From Tubiluchus corallicola (lineage: Eukaryota > Animalia > Priapulida): DNA of 48,112 nt. Made by a program: the position numbers and the translations under genes. The notes under the pieces are model-generated. The model saw nothing but the letters and a program-made list of their open reading frames with translations. It was not told where the DNA came from and did not search any database. The stretch lies in NCBI GenBank assembly GCA_030141605.1, contig JAQGDQ010001308.1, positions 1 through 48,112 of the forward strand, read 5' to 3'. Below are positions 1 to 12,727 of the stretch, in pieces. Each line of letters begins with the position of its first letter. Positions within the stretch are counted from its first letter, which is position 1.

Positions 1-963
1 AGGCCAGAAGAACTAATTTACAAGAGGAAATCTCAAATTAGGACAGAACAATGAAAGACGAATATTTCTATGGGATTTCTGTTCTCCATCCACCCTTATT
101 CTCGGTTCGTGGTTGCTGACTTTTTCGGCTTGTCTCTGACATAAATGTGCTTTTGTGCGTCGGAAATTAGGATGGTCGGCGGCAGTTTTGGGCGAAAAAG
201 TAGAAAAAAGAACGAAACTCGTAATTACGCATTTTCCGAGGCGATGCATTGTTGCATGCGGCCGGGCTGTTTGCCGTAATTTTGGGACTTATCTTCGGTA
301 AATAACATCAAATGAGCAAACATGTCTAAGTGGGCTGGGAGAGGCTACCACCCAGGCTCGGGCACAGCTGCCCTCGGGGGGCGAAAATTGTAACCCATTG
401 TCTTGGGAAGGAGAGAAAAAGGCAGAACACTTTGGCAAAACAAACAGACGGAAACTGGGCGAGCCGAAATGGGCATATTTAGCAGTCGTAATTAAATTAT
501 TCGCGTTTGCACGTAACACGAGGAAACAGGCATAACAATAGGATAAGGAAATATCAGGCATTCAGCCGAGGTTTAGAATTGCGGCTAAGTAAGCTATTGT
601 GTGAATTCAAACGCTTCGTGTCAATACGAATGTGTGGATAACTTTTATGCAAAGCCTGGCAATATAATAACTCGGCTTCCTCGTCCATCGAAAATTCTAA
701 ATTGCTTTCACACGCTTTTTTCACGCTAAATTGCTTTCTGTTAAATTTATCTGCAAAAACTCGCCGACATGAATAAGTTATTTTCCCCCACTGGGCTTTT
801 GAAGATGCATTGCCATACGTTGAGGAGAAGCTTCGTCGTCTAAATGCAGAATGAATGCGCAAAATTGTATCTCTTTATCTCGCTTACTTTGCTTTGTGAA
901 GAACTAATAAAATATCCAATGGTTGGTGCACTTAGCTGCGCCCTCTTGAGTGAACGATGCATA

Positions 964-983
964 TCTCTCTCTCTCTCTCTCTC
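964..983. repeat. (TC)n microsatellite
   Basis: Pure TC run. Confidence 0.9.
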
Positions 984-1212
984 AGCATTGAGTGAACTAT
1001 GCTTAGACTATGTAATGTTAATGCTGGCTTGCTTTTAGCAATTATTTGCCACAGTGCTTTCTTTGAATATTATATCTTATTTATGTAAAGAATAGATATC
1101 AGCATCATTCCGTAAAAACTATGTATTTGCAATCATGGAATAATATAAACTGAAATTATTTATCTATGTTATCACTAATAACAACTATCATTAATATATA
1201 TATATTATTATC

Positions 1213-1467
1213 CAATACAATACAATACAATGCAGTACAATAAGGCACAGTACAGTACAATGTAGTACAGTACAGTGCAGTGCAGTGCAGTACAATAAAG
1301 TACAGTACAGTACAGTACAGTATAGTACAGTACAGTAGAATGCAGTACAGTACAGGACAGTAGAATACAAAATACAATAAAATACAATACAATACAATAC
1401 AATACAATACAATACAATACAATACAATACAATACAATACAATACAATACAATATAGTACAATACAT
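1213..1467. repeat. (TACAA/TACAG)n pentanucleotide microsatellite
   Basis: Continuous 5-nt periodicity; source of the YCIVL/YCTVL pseudo-ORFs. Confidence 0.95.
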
Positions 1468-1597
1468 ACATTATTAACATCATTAATAACTAATTGCTTC
1501 TGTTCCCAATTCTTGTCATTATGAATTATTTCTGTTTTGTTTAAATTTGTATAAAAAAACTTAAGAAACCATTCTGTATTCCTTACATATACGTTTG

Positions 1598-1598
<1 letters not shown>

Positions 1599-1676
<78 letters not shown>
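1599..1676. repeat. Compound (TA)n(TG)n microsatellite
   Basis: Seen directly. Confidence 0.95.
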
Positions 1677-1679
<3 letters not shown>

Positions 1680-2630
1680 TTATGTATGTATATTTATTTA
1701 TTTATATTTATGTATATTTTATGTATTGTAACATTTAGTCTAATTTTATATAACTCTTTTATGTAAATCTGCAGTACTTCGATGCATGTATTAAATAAAT
1801 TTATCAAAATATGTAAATTTATCTGGTTATTAATAAACTATGTGTGATAAACATGAAGTACCCTAGGCAAAAGTGACAACCTTGATGCAATATTTCTTAA
1901 TTATTATATAGCAAGTTTAAATAACTGGAGATCTCATTGGAGACTTACACGTGTTTTTCAAAAATACAGAAATGGCGTAGTAACAGTATAAGAATTTCAG
2001 ACTACGGAATAGTAACAGAAATCATTGTAATATCAACATTTTTCTGTCAGAAATTAGTATTATATAATAGCTTGCTTTTCTTGTGTTTAATTTAATTGTA
2101 ATGCTGCCATATGTATAATATATATGTATATATATATATATATATAATAATGCTGCCATAATGTGCATTTTTGTAAGAAAATCACAATAATTAATTCATT
2201 AATTAATTAATGTGCATCATAAGGAAAATATAGTAAAAAAAATTGTGAAAATAATAAATTAAGACAACAGGCTGTCTGAATTGAGATGTTTATATGTAAA
2301 TTAATAATTTTTTATTCATTTAGTCATTGTGCAATATCTCATATCTGTAAAATATGTGAAAATTTTGCAAGAAGGATATAGGATAGTTTGCATGTTGTTA
2401 AGAATGAAAATGTTTTACTGAATAAGACTTTTCACAGTTTCGTTGTGTACACGTGCAGTTGCTGTAGGTCAAAGGTTAAGCACAGCGCACCAACGCGTCT
2501 TAAGTACAACCGTCACGTGACATGTTGGTAAAGCAAAGTCGTCTGCCACGTCAGTTTGGTAACATCAGTTGTTTTACGTGGATTTTACTTAATTATGCAT
2601 TAGTCTGTGCTTAGAGTGATTTACTAGCAG

Positions 2631-2663
2631 GATCTTGCTTGGGAACAAGAAAAAATGAACTAG
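2631..2663 (+). other. Candidate 33-nt micro-exon, or 3' end of a first exon
   Basis: ...tagcag|GATCTT...AACTAG|gtaagg; strong donor, weak acceptor; open only in phase 1 (SCLGTRKNEL). Confidence 0.25.
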
Positions 2664-2895
2664 GTAAGGTTCTGGTTAGTTGTTAAAACTGTTGCTATTA
2701 AAACAGGAAGGGCTGTGATGCGTTGTCTGTTGTGCACAAATGCGTTGACTGGTCCACTTAACCTTTGACCTTTGCACGACCAATGACTAGAATTGCAAAA
2801 GGGCTTATTGGTGCGACAATGGATTGTGTAAAACTGCTTATGTTATAAAATAGTATGCATTTTTTTGTATTTATTAACTATTGTCATGTTCGCAG

Positions 2896-2928
2896 ATGCT
2901 GTATCAACGCGCATGTTTTCTCACGAAA
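2896..2928 (+). other. Candidate 33-nt micro-exon
   Basis: T-rich tract ...tgttcgcag|ATGCTG...ACGAAA|gtaagt; good acceptor and consensus donor; open in all three phases. Confidence 0.35.
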
Positions 2929-4200
2929 GTAAGTAAAGTAAAAAAATTATTTTGCGTCTGAATGTTACAAAATAAACATAAACAAAAGCTAAAAACTAAA
3001 ATAAAGAACGAAAAGAGACGGGGTGGCGAAAAGACCAAGGGTTACCAAATCAACCATCCCTATCCAAACTGAAGAAAATTCAGTGACCTGTCAAGTAAGG
3101 TGTGTACAAATGAAAATAATCAGCAGCTTAACAAAATAAAAAATAAATGAGGCAACAAGTTCAAATGAGATTAAATTTAGAAACAGTAAATAAATTTGGC
3201 TGTGAGAAGAGGCAAGATTTAAATTAACAAACAAAGCGGAAAATTTAACTCAATCAAAAACAAAACTAATAATTACATATAAATCAAGAACTCAAACCAA
3301 CATAAAAAAGTGAAGCAATGTCAAGTCATGAGCAAATGTTGTGAAAGATTAACTTCTTATCTGAAATGAATCTGAATTCCAGTTTAAGCACTAATGTTTT
3401 TTTATCACGATTCACTTCAAATTTTCAGATTATTTCCATTACTTTTTTTTCTTTCACTGTGTGGGACAATCTAACAAGCCCTGCTTTTTGGTTGCCCGCA
3501 ACACATTTCGTGCATAGGTGAACAGTGTTTGAGGCTTTTCCTGTGCAGTATTTCTTATTTGTATTATATCCATTGTGGGCCCTTTCACTAGATATTGTAT
3601 ATGTAACCATTGTAAATGTGTAAGGTGAAATAAATGACTTATGACTTGTGAAATGCTGCCCATTCTGAAATGAAAGAGTTAAACCTGCTCTCTCAGCCTC
3701 GGTTTGCGTGTGTGTGAAGCGATCTCTCTCCACCGAGCCACTCCATGATATCAAACTCCACTTTTCATCTACGTGTGACAGCATTCGACGGGCTCTCATT
3801 TTGCCAGATTACAGCCTCTTAGTATTTAGCCGAGATGGAGTTTCGAGCCGTTGTGAAACTCTTTCCGTCGCCTCTCAGTGGTCTCTTCGCTACGTACTCA
3901 GCCGTTCACGGAGTATACTCGTCTGATTGCTGGAGTGTCGTACAGAACATGATAACACGGGTGCTGAAGCTGCCGTCCTGTCGATTATGTACGATCATTT
4001 GCAGCTTAATATCTCACGCAGATATTGCAATTCTTTAGACGGTTATTCGTGAGCATAAGCAAGAGGCGAATGCATATGCTGTGTGGAATTATCTTTTCAC
4101 ATACGCGCCTTTATTTCTCGCACGCAAGAGTCCTTAATAGTCTGCAAATTAAAAATTGTTGATTAATCTATCTTATTTTATTTATCCGTGTTCTATATAT

Positions 4201-4602
4201 ACAGTAAATAGACAGTTTATTATGGTGTTTAGACAGTATTACAGTAGACAGTATTACAGTAGACAGTAAATAGACAGTATATTATGGTACTTAGACAGTA
4301 TTACAGTAGACAGTATTATAGACAGTAAATAGACAGTATATTATGGTGTTTAGACAGTATTACTGCAGACAGTATTATAGACAGTAAATAGGCAGTATAT
4401 TATGGTATTCAGACATTATTACAGTAGACAGTATTACAGTAGACAGTATTACAGTAGACAGTATTACAGTAGGCAGTATTACAGTAGACAGTAAATAGAC
4501 AGTATATTATGGTATTCAGACATTATTACAGTAGACAGTATTATAGGCAGTATATTATGGTATTTAAACAGTATTACAGTAGACAGTATTATAGACAGTA
4601 AG
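4201..4602. repeat. Compound minisatellite (ACAGTAGACAGTATT units interspersed with AAATAGACAGTATATTATGG)
   Basis: Mosaic tandem array seen directly. Confidence 0.9.
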
Positions 4603-5247
4603 TAGTAAACGTGTGTGTAAATAATGTATAAAAATGAAATAATGGTCAGACGTGAGAAATGCAGAATATGTGAAATTGTAGAAGCACCACTGTAATGGCA
4701 GCTTGTTAACTGGAATCAGAATAGGTATTAAAAAACTAAAAAAGACATTTGAAAAAAGATGCCGAGTAAATTGCAATTTCGCTGCGTAAATAGGCAAAAA
4801 TAATCCTTAGCGTTGTTTAACTAAATTGTTTTTACTAGATTAAAGCTGTTTAGTCAATTTAAACAAAATGACATTTATTTTTGCGCTGTCTTATTGACTG
4901 TGAATTAGGTACTGCTAACATTTAAAACGTTCCAATGCTTCCGTGGATTCAGTTATTCTATTTAAACTTGATAGTAGCACCTTCGTGTGACATTATTTCT
5001 GCAAATTAGGAATTGCTAATCAATTTATCCTAATTTATCTATCCACATATCATATTTTTCTACTTTAATAAATTAAAATCTACAGGCAATAAATAGCAAA
5101 CAAAAAATGTGTAACAATTGAAAAAAGGCCGAAAGTTTGAAACAAATTTAATTTTAAGCAAATCCAACCTTTTATTACATGACGTATGTTTGAAATTAAG
5201 AAAGTATCTTTTCAATTTATACAGGTACTTCAAGGCCTTTATGTTTT

Positions 5248-5697
5248 ATGTGAATGAAATAAAGACCACCCAAACCCGCCCTGCCTAAATACATTGTTTA
5301 GCATTTTTACATTTGGCAAATTAATTTCAAAGCTTTCATACTTTTTAAAAGCTTCAAAAGCTTTTTAGCAACTTTTTGAATAAGACAAAATTTATATTAA
5401 AAAACTTTAATTAACAATTGTTTAAGAACATTTCCAGACGTTTCGACAACATCTGGATATCATCATATTGTACCACTGATTATGACACCAGACTGCTGTC
5501 GAAATGTCTGGACGTCTTTCTAAACAGTTGTAAATTAAAGTTTTTTAATATAAATTTTGTTTTATTCAAAAAGTTGCTAAAAAGCTTTTGAAGCTTTTAA
5601 AAAGTATGAAAGCTTTGAAACTAATTTGCCAAATGTAACAATGCTAAACAATGTATTTAGGCAGGGCGGGTTTGGGTGGTCTTTATTTCATTCACAT
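5248..5697. mobile_element. Fold-back element with ~200-bp arms and a Penelope-type hammerhead-like core at the apex
   Basis: ATGTGAATGAAATAAAGACCACCCAAACCCGCCCTG... is the near-perfect reverse complement of the right arm. The apex reads CCA-CTGATTA-TGACACCAGACTGCTGTC-GAAATGTC-TGG (5473-5511). Confidence 0.8.
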
Positions 5698-6540
5698 TAG
5701 TACATAAATGAGTGAGGACATTCGTTGATCATCTGATCATATTGTATAAGAGCTCTCGTTTAATTTGAAAATAATGGAATTAACAAAAACTCGGAGAGCT
5801 AATTAGAATTATGAAAAAATTCTCATCCGAGTTTTCAAGGACTTTCACCCCATACTTGATACGTGAAATTCAATGTGCAAAGAGCATTATTATCACTCAT
5901 CGCAATGGCTGCATCAAATATATTTATTAAAGCTTCGAGTGCATAACTCATTATGTTGAATTGCCCAAGAGGAGAGCCATAGCTGATGAACAGGGGGCAC
6001 TTATCCAGGCTTTGCAGAATAGATGAATAGCCAGGAACATCACTGGAGGTTTGTGTTTTTCGTATTCTCATTTCGTCATGCCAAGTGCATTATATGGGTG
6101 GATTTGATAAAGTGGTCGTCCATTATGGCGAGGCGTCTGCGCGGAGTTTCGACGTGACGTGGTCGCTAGAAGGTGCTGATAGCGGCGGGCTTTGATCCGT
6201 TGTAAGGTGCCCGCACGAAATCGACCGCCTCCCTCGTCGTGACGTTTTTCTGCCACGGCTTAATCCGCTTTGATACGGTGTTGATTACGAAACCTGCTGA
6301 ATTATTAATTTCCGGCAAGAGAAGAACACAACTCGTTCACCACAATGGCGACGGTGAAAAAGGGCACTCCTGTTTGGAGTTTTTTCGAGAATCGAAATGG
6401 AGGAAATTTTTGCCGGTGTTTGAAGAGATTCGTTAACCCCAGATTATTTGCTGATTAGTTGTGAATTTAGTTGATAAGATCCTTTCCCAGGAAAATAAAT
6501 GATGCTCTCGTCATATCTTATTTAATATTAGTTTTTGTAA

Positions 6541-7023
6541 TATAGGTTTTACATGTCAAATGTAGAATTGCGTTAACTCAAATGTAGATTTAGGTAATTC
6601 ATATGTGTCTTGGTAACTCAAATGTAGATTTAGGTAATTCAAATGTGTCTTGGTAACTCAAATGTAGACTTAGGTAGTTCAAATGTGTTAACAATGGTTT
6701 TCAACAAATCTTAAGCGTTTTTAGTAAGTCAAATGTAGACACATGTCAAGTCAAATGTGACATTGGTATCTCAAATGTGGACAGGTGGTAAAGTTTAAGG
6801 ATGTTAAATTTAATCTTCTTTAATTTCAATTTAATAATTGCTCCTAAGTTAAAATAACAACATTATAGGCCTACTAATAGATGCACTATCTGTAATTTAT
6901 CTTTTTCTAATTTGCACTTAAATAACTTAATTACTGATTTATTCAAAGTATTGCATCTACATTTGACTTACCTAAGTCACATTTGAACTTTCCTGGGTCT
7001 ACATTTGACGTGTAAAACCTATA
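6541..7023. mobile_element. Non-autonomous DNA transposon (MITE) with 26-bp TIRs and subterminal ~20-bp repeats
   Basis: TATAGGTTTTACATGTCAAATGTAGA (6541-6566) / TCTACATTTGACGTGTAAAACCTATA (6998-7023). TCAAATGT recurs about every 20 bp on the left and in inverted form on the right. TSD ambiguous (TA, AT or TATA). Confidence 0.8.
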
Positions 7024-7260
7024 GTGTCTATCACACCTCAAGAGTATTTTACATTACACTGATTTTTTCTAATTCTGAGTCTTATTTTGTGCTTTGGTAA
7101 GAACCCAGATGAAGATTGAATGTAACGAAAGCTACTCAACAAACTAAAATCTAATTTATAATTGAGCCAAGTCTTTGGACAGGATTGATTGTGGTTAATT
7201 CTAAATTTTGTTAAATTAGAATCAAATTATCCATATTTAGCAAATAAATGTAACTACACC

Positions 7261-7868
7261 AAAATGGACTTTATTGCCAACAAACTGTTCATTGTCAAGG
7301 CATCTAAAACAAAGAAATTTACAGAATTTAGAAACCACATCGGAATACATTTCACTAGTTAGCAAGCCGAAAGATATATGATACAACATTATATAGATAA
7401 TTTAACAATTTACCTTATAGATTACATATCTTAATTGGTATGAAACTATGCTACACTCCACAAACAAACAGTAGTTAGACAGCCAAAAGATATATGATAT
7501 AACATTATATAGATAATTTAACAATTTACCTTGCAGATTACATATCTTAATTGGTATGAAACTATGCTACACTCCACAAACAAACGGTAGTTAGACAGCC
7601 AAAAGATATATGATATAACATTATATAGATAATTTAACAATTTACCTTACAGATTGCGTATACGTATCTTGATTGGTATGAACCTATGCTACACTTGATA
7701 TAGCATAGTGCAGCATAGTTTCATACCAATCAAGATATGTAATCATCTTTTGACTATCTAACTAAATTGTATTTCGATGTTGTTTCCAAGTTCTGGTAAA
7801 TTTCTTTGTTTTAGATGCCTTGACAATGAACAGTTTGTTCGAAACAGGTCAGTAATAAATTCCATTTT
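7261..7868. mobile_element. Fold-back element family B, full copy with an internal 116-bp tandem x3
   Basis: AACAAACTGTTCATTGTCAAGGCATCTAAAACAAAGAAATTTAC and its reverse complement at ~7796-7839; inner hairpin at 7666-7737; other copies at 20243 and 47706. Confidence 0.8.
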
Positions 7869-8045
7869 AAAATTGAATCAGTTTGAAAAACTGAAATCAG
7901 CATACAGAGCAAGCTTTAGTATTAACATGATTGTTTTGTGAAATTGTCATAGTGGTATTATTGCATGAAATAATTAAAAAAGTAAATATAAATAATTATA
8001 ACACACATTGTAATAACGCATTTGTGATAAATTGCTACAATAAAA

Positions 8046-8290
8046 AGACAACAGAAAAACAATTTAATCTTAAATATTATCAACACTGCAATAGATCAAC
8101 AACAGAAAATCAATTTAATCTTAAATATTATCAACACTGCAATAAATAAACAGCAGAAAAACAATTTAATCTTAAATATTTTCAACACCGCAATGAATAA
8201 ACAACAGAAAAACAATTTAATCTTAAATATTGTCAACACTGCAATAAATAAACAGCAGAAAAACAATTTAATCTTAAACATTGTCAACAC
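8046..8290. repeat. 51-bp minisatellite, ~5 copies
   Basis: Unit starts at 8051, 8102, 8153, 8204, 8255. Confidence 0.9.
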
Positions 8291-9451
8291 CACCATTTCC
8301 TGTATTAGGTAAATCATTGTATTACAATATACACTACACTAAGCTTGCAATTGTGCAATACGCCATTTTCTCATTACCCCAATTATGCACATTCCCACTT
8401 CTGCAAACTCACCCATGCTAATATGGCCAACTTTCTTTAGAAGCAATTAGATAATATCTCCAGCATCCGCTGTTAATTTGCACGGATGCTAAGAAGATTT
8501 GTTACGGCGCGTAGCTGTGTCATGCATATGAGCTTAACGTAATCACGTGATTTGACTGGTTATGTCTTGTCATTATCAGCTGAGTATTTATTATGCTCCG
8601 AGGGAGAATGCATCTTAATGAGACGATATAAAAAATGTAAGGTTCAATTTAAATTCATTCAGAGATTGCTAAATTATGCACATACATCGATTCTGATTTC
8701 AGCTGTAGTCATTTTTTGCTCATGTATAATACGTAAATTTAGTATGTATATATAATATATAATATAACTAATATAAATCTATAGTTTGGTATAATTAAGT
8801 TCCTAGTTTACATAACTGTTGCCTTGCATGATAAATATAATGTAAATGTATGTTCAAGTATCTTGCTATAGTGCAAATAAACTTTTAAATTAAATAATTC
8901 TTGAAATAATTATTATTTTACAAATTTTTTTACTCAACAGAAATCTGTGGTGTTTTATCATTAGGCATTTTTGGCACCATTTAACAGTTTTGGAGCTGAT
9001 AGTTTATTATGTAATGTTCATTGTTGGATAGTTTATTATGTAATGTTCATTGTTTGTAATTGTCTTATAGCTCTACAACAAATTCACATGCTACACAGTC
9101 ATACTACTATTCTAGATATATGTTGTAGGTTTTCGTAACACAATTCATGTCAAAGTATTATTAATTTTTTAGGATTAGGATTTTTTTCTGTATAATTTTT
9201 AACAAGTAGGGTTGTACATTACCATTGCTCCAAAAATTTGGCAGTTCCTAAAAAAGTATTTGTACTGAAGTACAGTTATATCGTAGCATTTTTCTATTTG
9301 TGCCCTTTTTAAATAATAGTTGTAAAGCCTTTATTAATAAAATATCTAAATTCGGTTTTCCCATCAAACCATCAAATCTTTACCAAAACTAATCTGTCCT
9401 TTAAATTTACTGACTGACTTTGGTAATAGTCATTAACAGGTTTTATCTCTT

Positions 9452-10290
9452 TGTATCCTTGGCTTATTGTTTCAACTGCCTGTGTGCTTGGCTCATTGTT
9501 TTAACTGTCTGTGTCCTTGGCTCATTGTTTTAACTGCCTGTGTCCTTGGCTCATTGTTTTAACTGCCTGTGTCCTTGGCTCATTGTTTTAACTGCCTGTG
9601 TCCTTGGCTTATTGTTTTAACTGCCTGTGTGCTTGGCTCATTGTTTTAACTGTCTGTGTCCTTGGCTCATTGTTTTAACTGCCTGTGTCCTTGGCTCATT
9701 GTTTTAACTGTCTGTGTCCTTGGTTCATTGCTTTAACTGCCTGTGTACTTGGCTCATTGTTTTAACTGCCTGTGTTCTTGGCTCATTGTTTTAACTGCCT
9801 GTGTTCTTGGCTCATTGTTTTAACTGTCTGTGCCTTGGTTCATTGTTTCAACTGCCTGTGTGCTTGGCTCATTGTTTTAACTGCCTGTGTGCTTGGCTCA
9901 TTGTTTTAACTGTCTGTGTCCTTGGCTCATTGTTTCAACTGCCTGTGTACTTGGCTCATTGTTTTAACTGCCTGTGTCCTTGGCTCATTGTTTTAACTGT
10001 CTGTGTCCTTGGCTCATTGTTTCAACTGCCTGTGTCCTTGGTTCATTGTTTTAACTGCCTGTGTTTTTGGTTCATTGTTTCAACTGTCTGTGTCCTTGGT
10101 TCATTGTTTCAACTGCCTGTGTGCTTGGCTCATTGTTTTAACTGCCTGTGTGCTTGGCTCATTGTTTTAACTGTCTGTGTCCTTGGCTCATTGTTTCAAC
10201 TGCCTGTGTTCTTGGCTTATTGTTTCAACTGCCTGTGTCCTTGGCTAATTGTTTTAACTGCCTGTGTTCTTGGTTCATTGTTTTAACTGT
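9452..10290. repeat. 29-bp minisatellite, ~29 copies (TTGGCTCATTGTTTTAACTGCCTGTGTCC)
   Basis: Head-to-tail units, no spacers. Confidence 0.97.
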
Positions 10291-10769
10291 TAAACTCTCA
10301 ATTTATTATCATCATTTGTTATCATTTAAAATAATAGATTTGCTGATGATATAACGTATAATGTAATTCGCAACAGATCTTATTTAGTTTCCATTGCGTG
10401 GCTGACGAATTGATTTCTAGAGAATCAGTGAAACATGGCAAAATCCATACAATGTTCTTATAGACTGTATGTCTATTTTTAGCATAATATTAGTGCACCA
10501 TCGACTTGCAAAAAATTCAACATTTTACAAAAATACATGCAGAATTCTATTTCTGGTGATTGCTAAGTTACTAAACAAGAGCTGCTAAAATATTTATTCA
10601 TTTGAGAATGCTTTAGCTACCTTACCTCTATAAGAACCTTGATATTCTCAAATATTTTAGAATATGTATATTAAAAAACTTGTTTGGTGTATTATTTACT
10701 ATAGCACTGCACTTTTACTGTAAGTTATCCATTGTATTGTATTCTATTTAAATGAGGCTTTCTGACTCT

Positions 10770-11526
10770 AGTAATTTGATTAGTTATAGATGTATTCATT
10801 ATATTTAGTAATAGATGTATTCATCTATGACTTTGATTAGTTATAGATGTATTCATTATATTAGGTAATGGGTGTATTCATCTATGACTTTGATTAGTTA
10901 TAGATGTATTCATTATATTTAGTTATAGATGTATTTAGTAATTTGATTAGTTATAGATGTATTCATTATATTTAGTAATGGATGTATTCATCTATGACTT
11001 TGATTAGTTATAGATGTATTCATTATATTTAGTAATAGATGTATTCATCTATGACTTTGATTAGTTATAGATGTATTCATTATATTTAGTTATAGATGTA
11101 TTCATCTATGACTTTGATTAGTTATAGATGTATTCATTATATTTAGTAATAGCTGTATTCATCTATGACTTTGATTAGCTATAGATGTATTCTTTATATT
11201 TAGTTATAGATGTATTTAGTAATTTGATTAGTTATAGATGTATTCATTATATTTAGCAATAGATGTATTCATCTATGACTTTGATTAGTTATAGATGTAT
11301 TCATTATATTTAGTAATAGCTGTATTCATCTATGACTTTGATTAGTTATAGATGTATTCATTATATTTAGTTATAGATGTATTTAGTAATTTGATTAGTT
11401 ATAGATGTATTCATTATATTTAGTTATAGATGTATTTAGTAATTTGATTAGTTATAGATGTATTCATTATATTTAGTTATAGATGTATTTAGTAATTTGA
11501 TTAGTTATAGATGTATTCATTATATT
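10770..11526. repeat. AT-rich compound minisatellite (TTTGATTAGTTATAGATGTATTCATTATATTTAG... with two unit variants)
   Basis: Tandem array with long and short unit variants. Confidence 0.93.
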
Positions 11527-11610
11527 TCCCTCTTGAAATGCCCTATTAAATGAATTACTTCAAGATTGCTACAACACAGTTTATACACAAATCTGTCATA
11601 TTTTTGAATT

Positions 11611-12117
11611 TATTATCAAAACAATACTACTTTCGTTAAAAACTTTAATTTATTACTATTCAAAAATTTTGAATTTCTTACTCTACTATTTTCTTTTCTA
11701 CGGGTCTGTTTAATTATTACTTTGGCTTTTTTATAAATACGTAATTAGTGCATAATTTTCTAAACTTTAGGTTCTGCCTGTATGGACTGGTTGTTGTTTG
11801 TATAATGATGATGACAGCTGAAATGTTTGAACATACGATTTTATTAAAAACTTTAATTTACAACTGTTTAAAAACATGTCCGAACGTTTCAACAGCAGTC
11901 AGCTGTCATCATCAGTGCTACTTTATACAAAAAATAAACCAATTTTTCTAGGCAGAGCCTACAGTGTAGAAAGTTATGCACTAATTATGTATTTTTGAAA
12001 AAGCCAAAGTAATAAATAAACAGACCTGTAGAAAAAAATACACACAGCAAGAAATCGTAAATTTTGAAATAGTTATTAATTAAGCTTTTTATGAAAGATG
12101 TGTTATTTTTAATAATA
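11611..12117. mobile_element. Diverged fold-back element with a Penelope-type hammerhead core (- strand, 11881-11915)
   Basis: Arms are reverse complements (e.g. GGTCTGTTTAATTATTACTTTGGCTTTT / AAAAGCCAAAGTAATAAATAAACAGACC). The - strand reads CTGATGA-TGACAGC-TGACT-GCTGTT-GAAACGTT. The flank TAAACAGTTGTAAATTAAAGTTTTT is shared with the 5248 element. Confidence 0.75.
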
Positions 12118-12727
12118 TTTCTAAATGTCTTAAATATAAATTATGTATATTTATATTTAATATATATAGTGTGGATTATAATATGTATCTACTGTGTAAA
12201 AATGGAATTCTTTGTGGATATAAAATTGTTTTTTGGCAGTTTTATTATTAACTATAGAAAAATAATATATTCTACATTATGATGTCATTGACAGTATAAT
12301 ATTTAAATTGCAAATGCCTGTATATTTTATGGATTGGAATTTTTTCCATCAGTACTATGCATTATCTATGAGCGTGCGTGCGTTGTATGTAAATCCGTGG
12401 CGAGCTTGAATTTTTATCGGCAGTATTTGCTACACGTAGAGAGAAGGAGAGAGAGAGACCGTGAACGCTACAAAGTGCCCGTCAAGTGCTCGGTAAACAC
12501 CGGACACGGTTAGGCTGCTGCTGTCTGTGTACCCTGGCAAATACCCTAATACTAATGTACTCATTCAGCTACATAATCCAACCAAACATAAATTACATCA
12601 ATTCATATATGTCGCATGTAAAATAATACAATGTATAATTACTAAAATTATAGTTAGTAATATGTAATAATATGGGGTGGACGTAGTTTCTCACCAGAAC
12701 CATATAATTATTATAAATTAATTCCAA

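Noticed and set aside
1156-1483. YCIVL-repeat ORFs
   Set aside because: Pentanucleotide microsatellite open in all three - frames.
3425-4143. GC-richer segment with short ORFs and a good - strand acceptor near 4142
   Set aside because: All three - frames close soon after the acceptor and no peptide is recognisable; at most a non-coding exon.
7105-7135. Hammerhead-like ATGAAGA...CGAAAGCT
   Set aside because: C3 is missing and no convincing stems form.
9452-10290. CRISPR-like array (29-bp repeat) and 161-aa Cys-rich ORF
   Set aside because: Units are head-to-tail with no unique spacers, there are no cas genes and the context is eukaryotic; the ORF periodicity is a 3 x 29-nt artefact.
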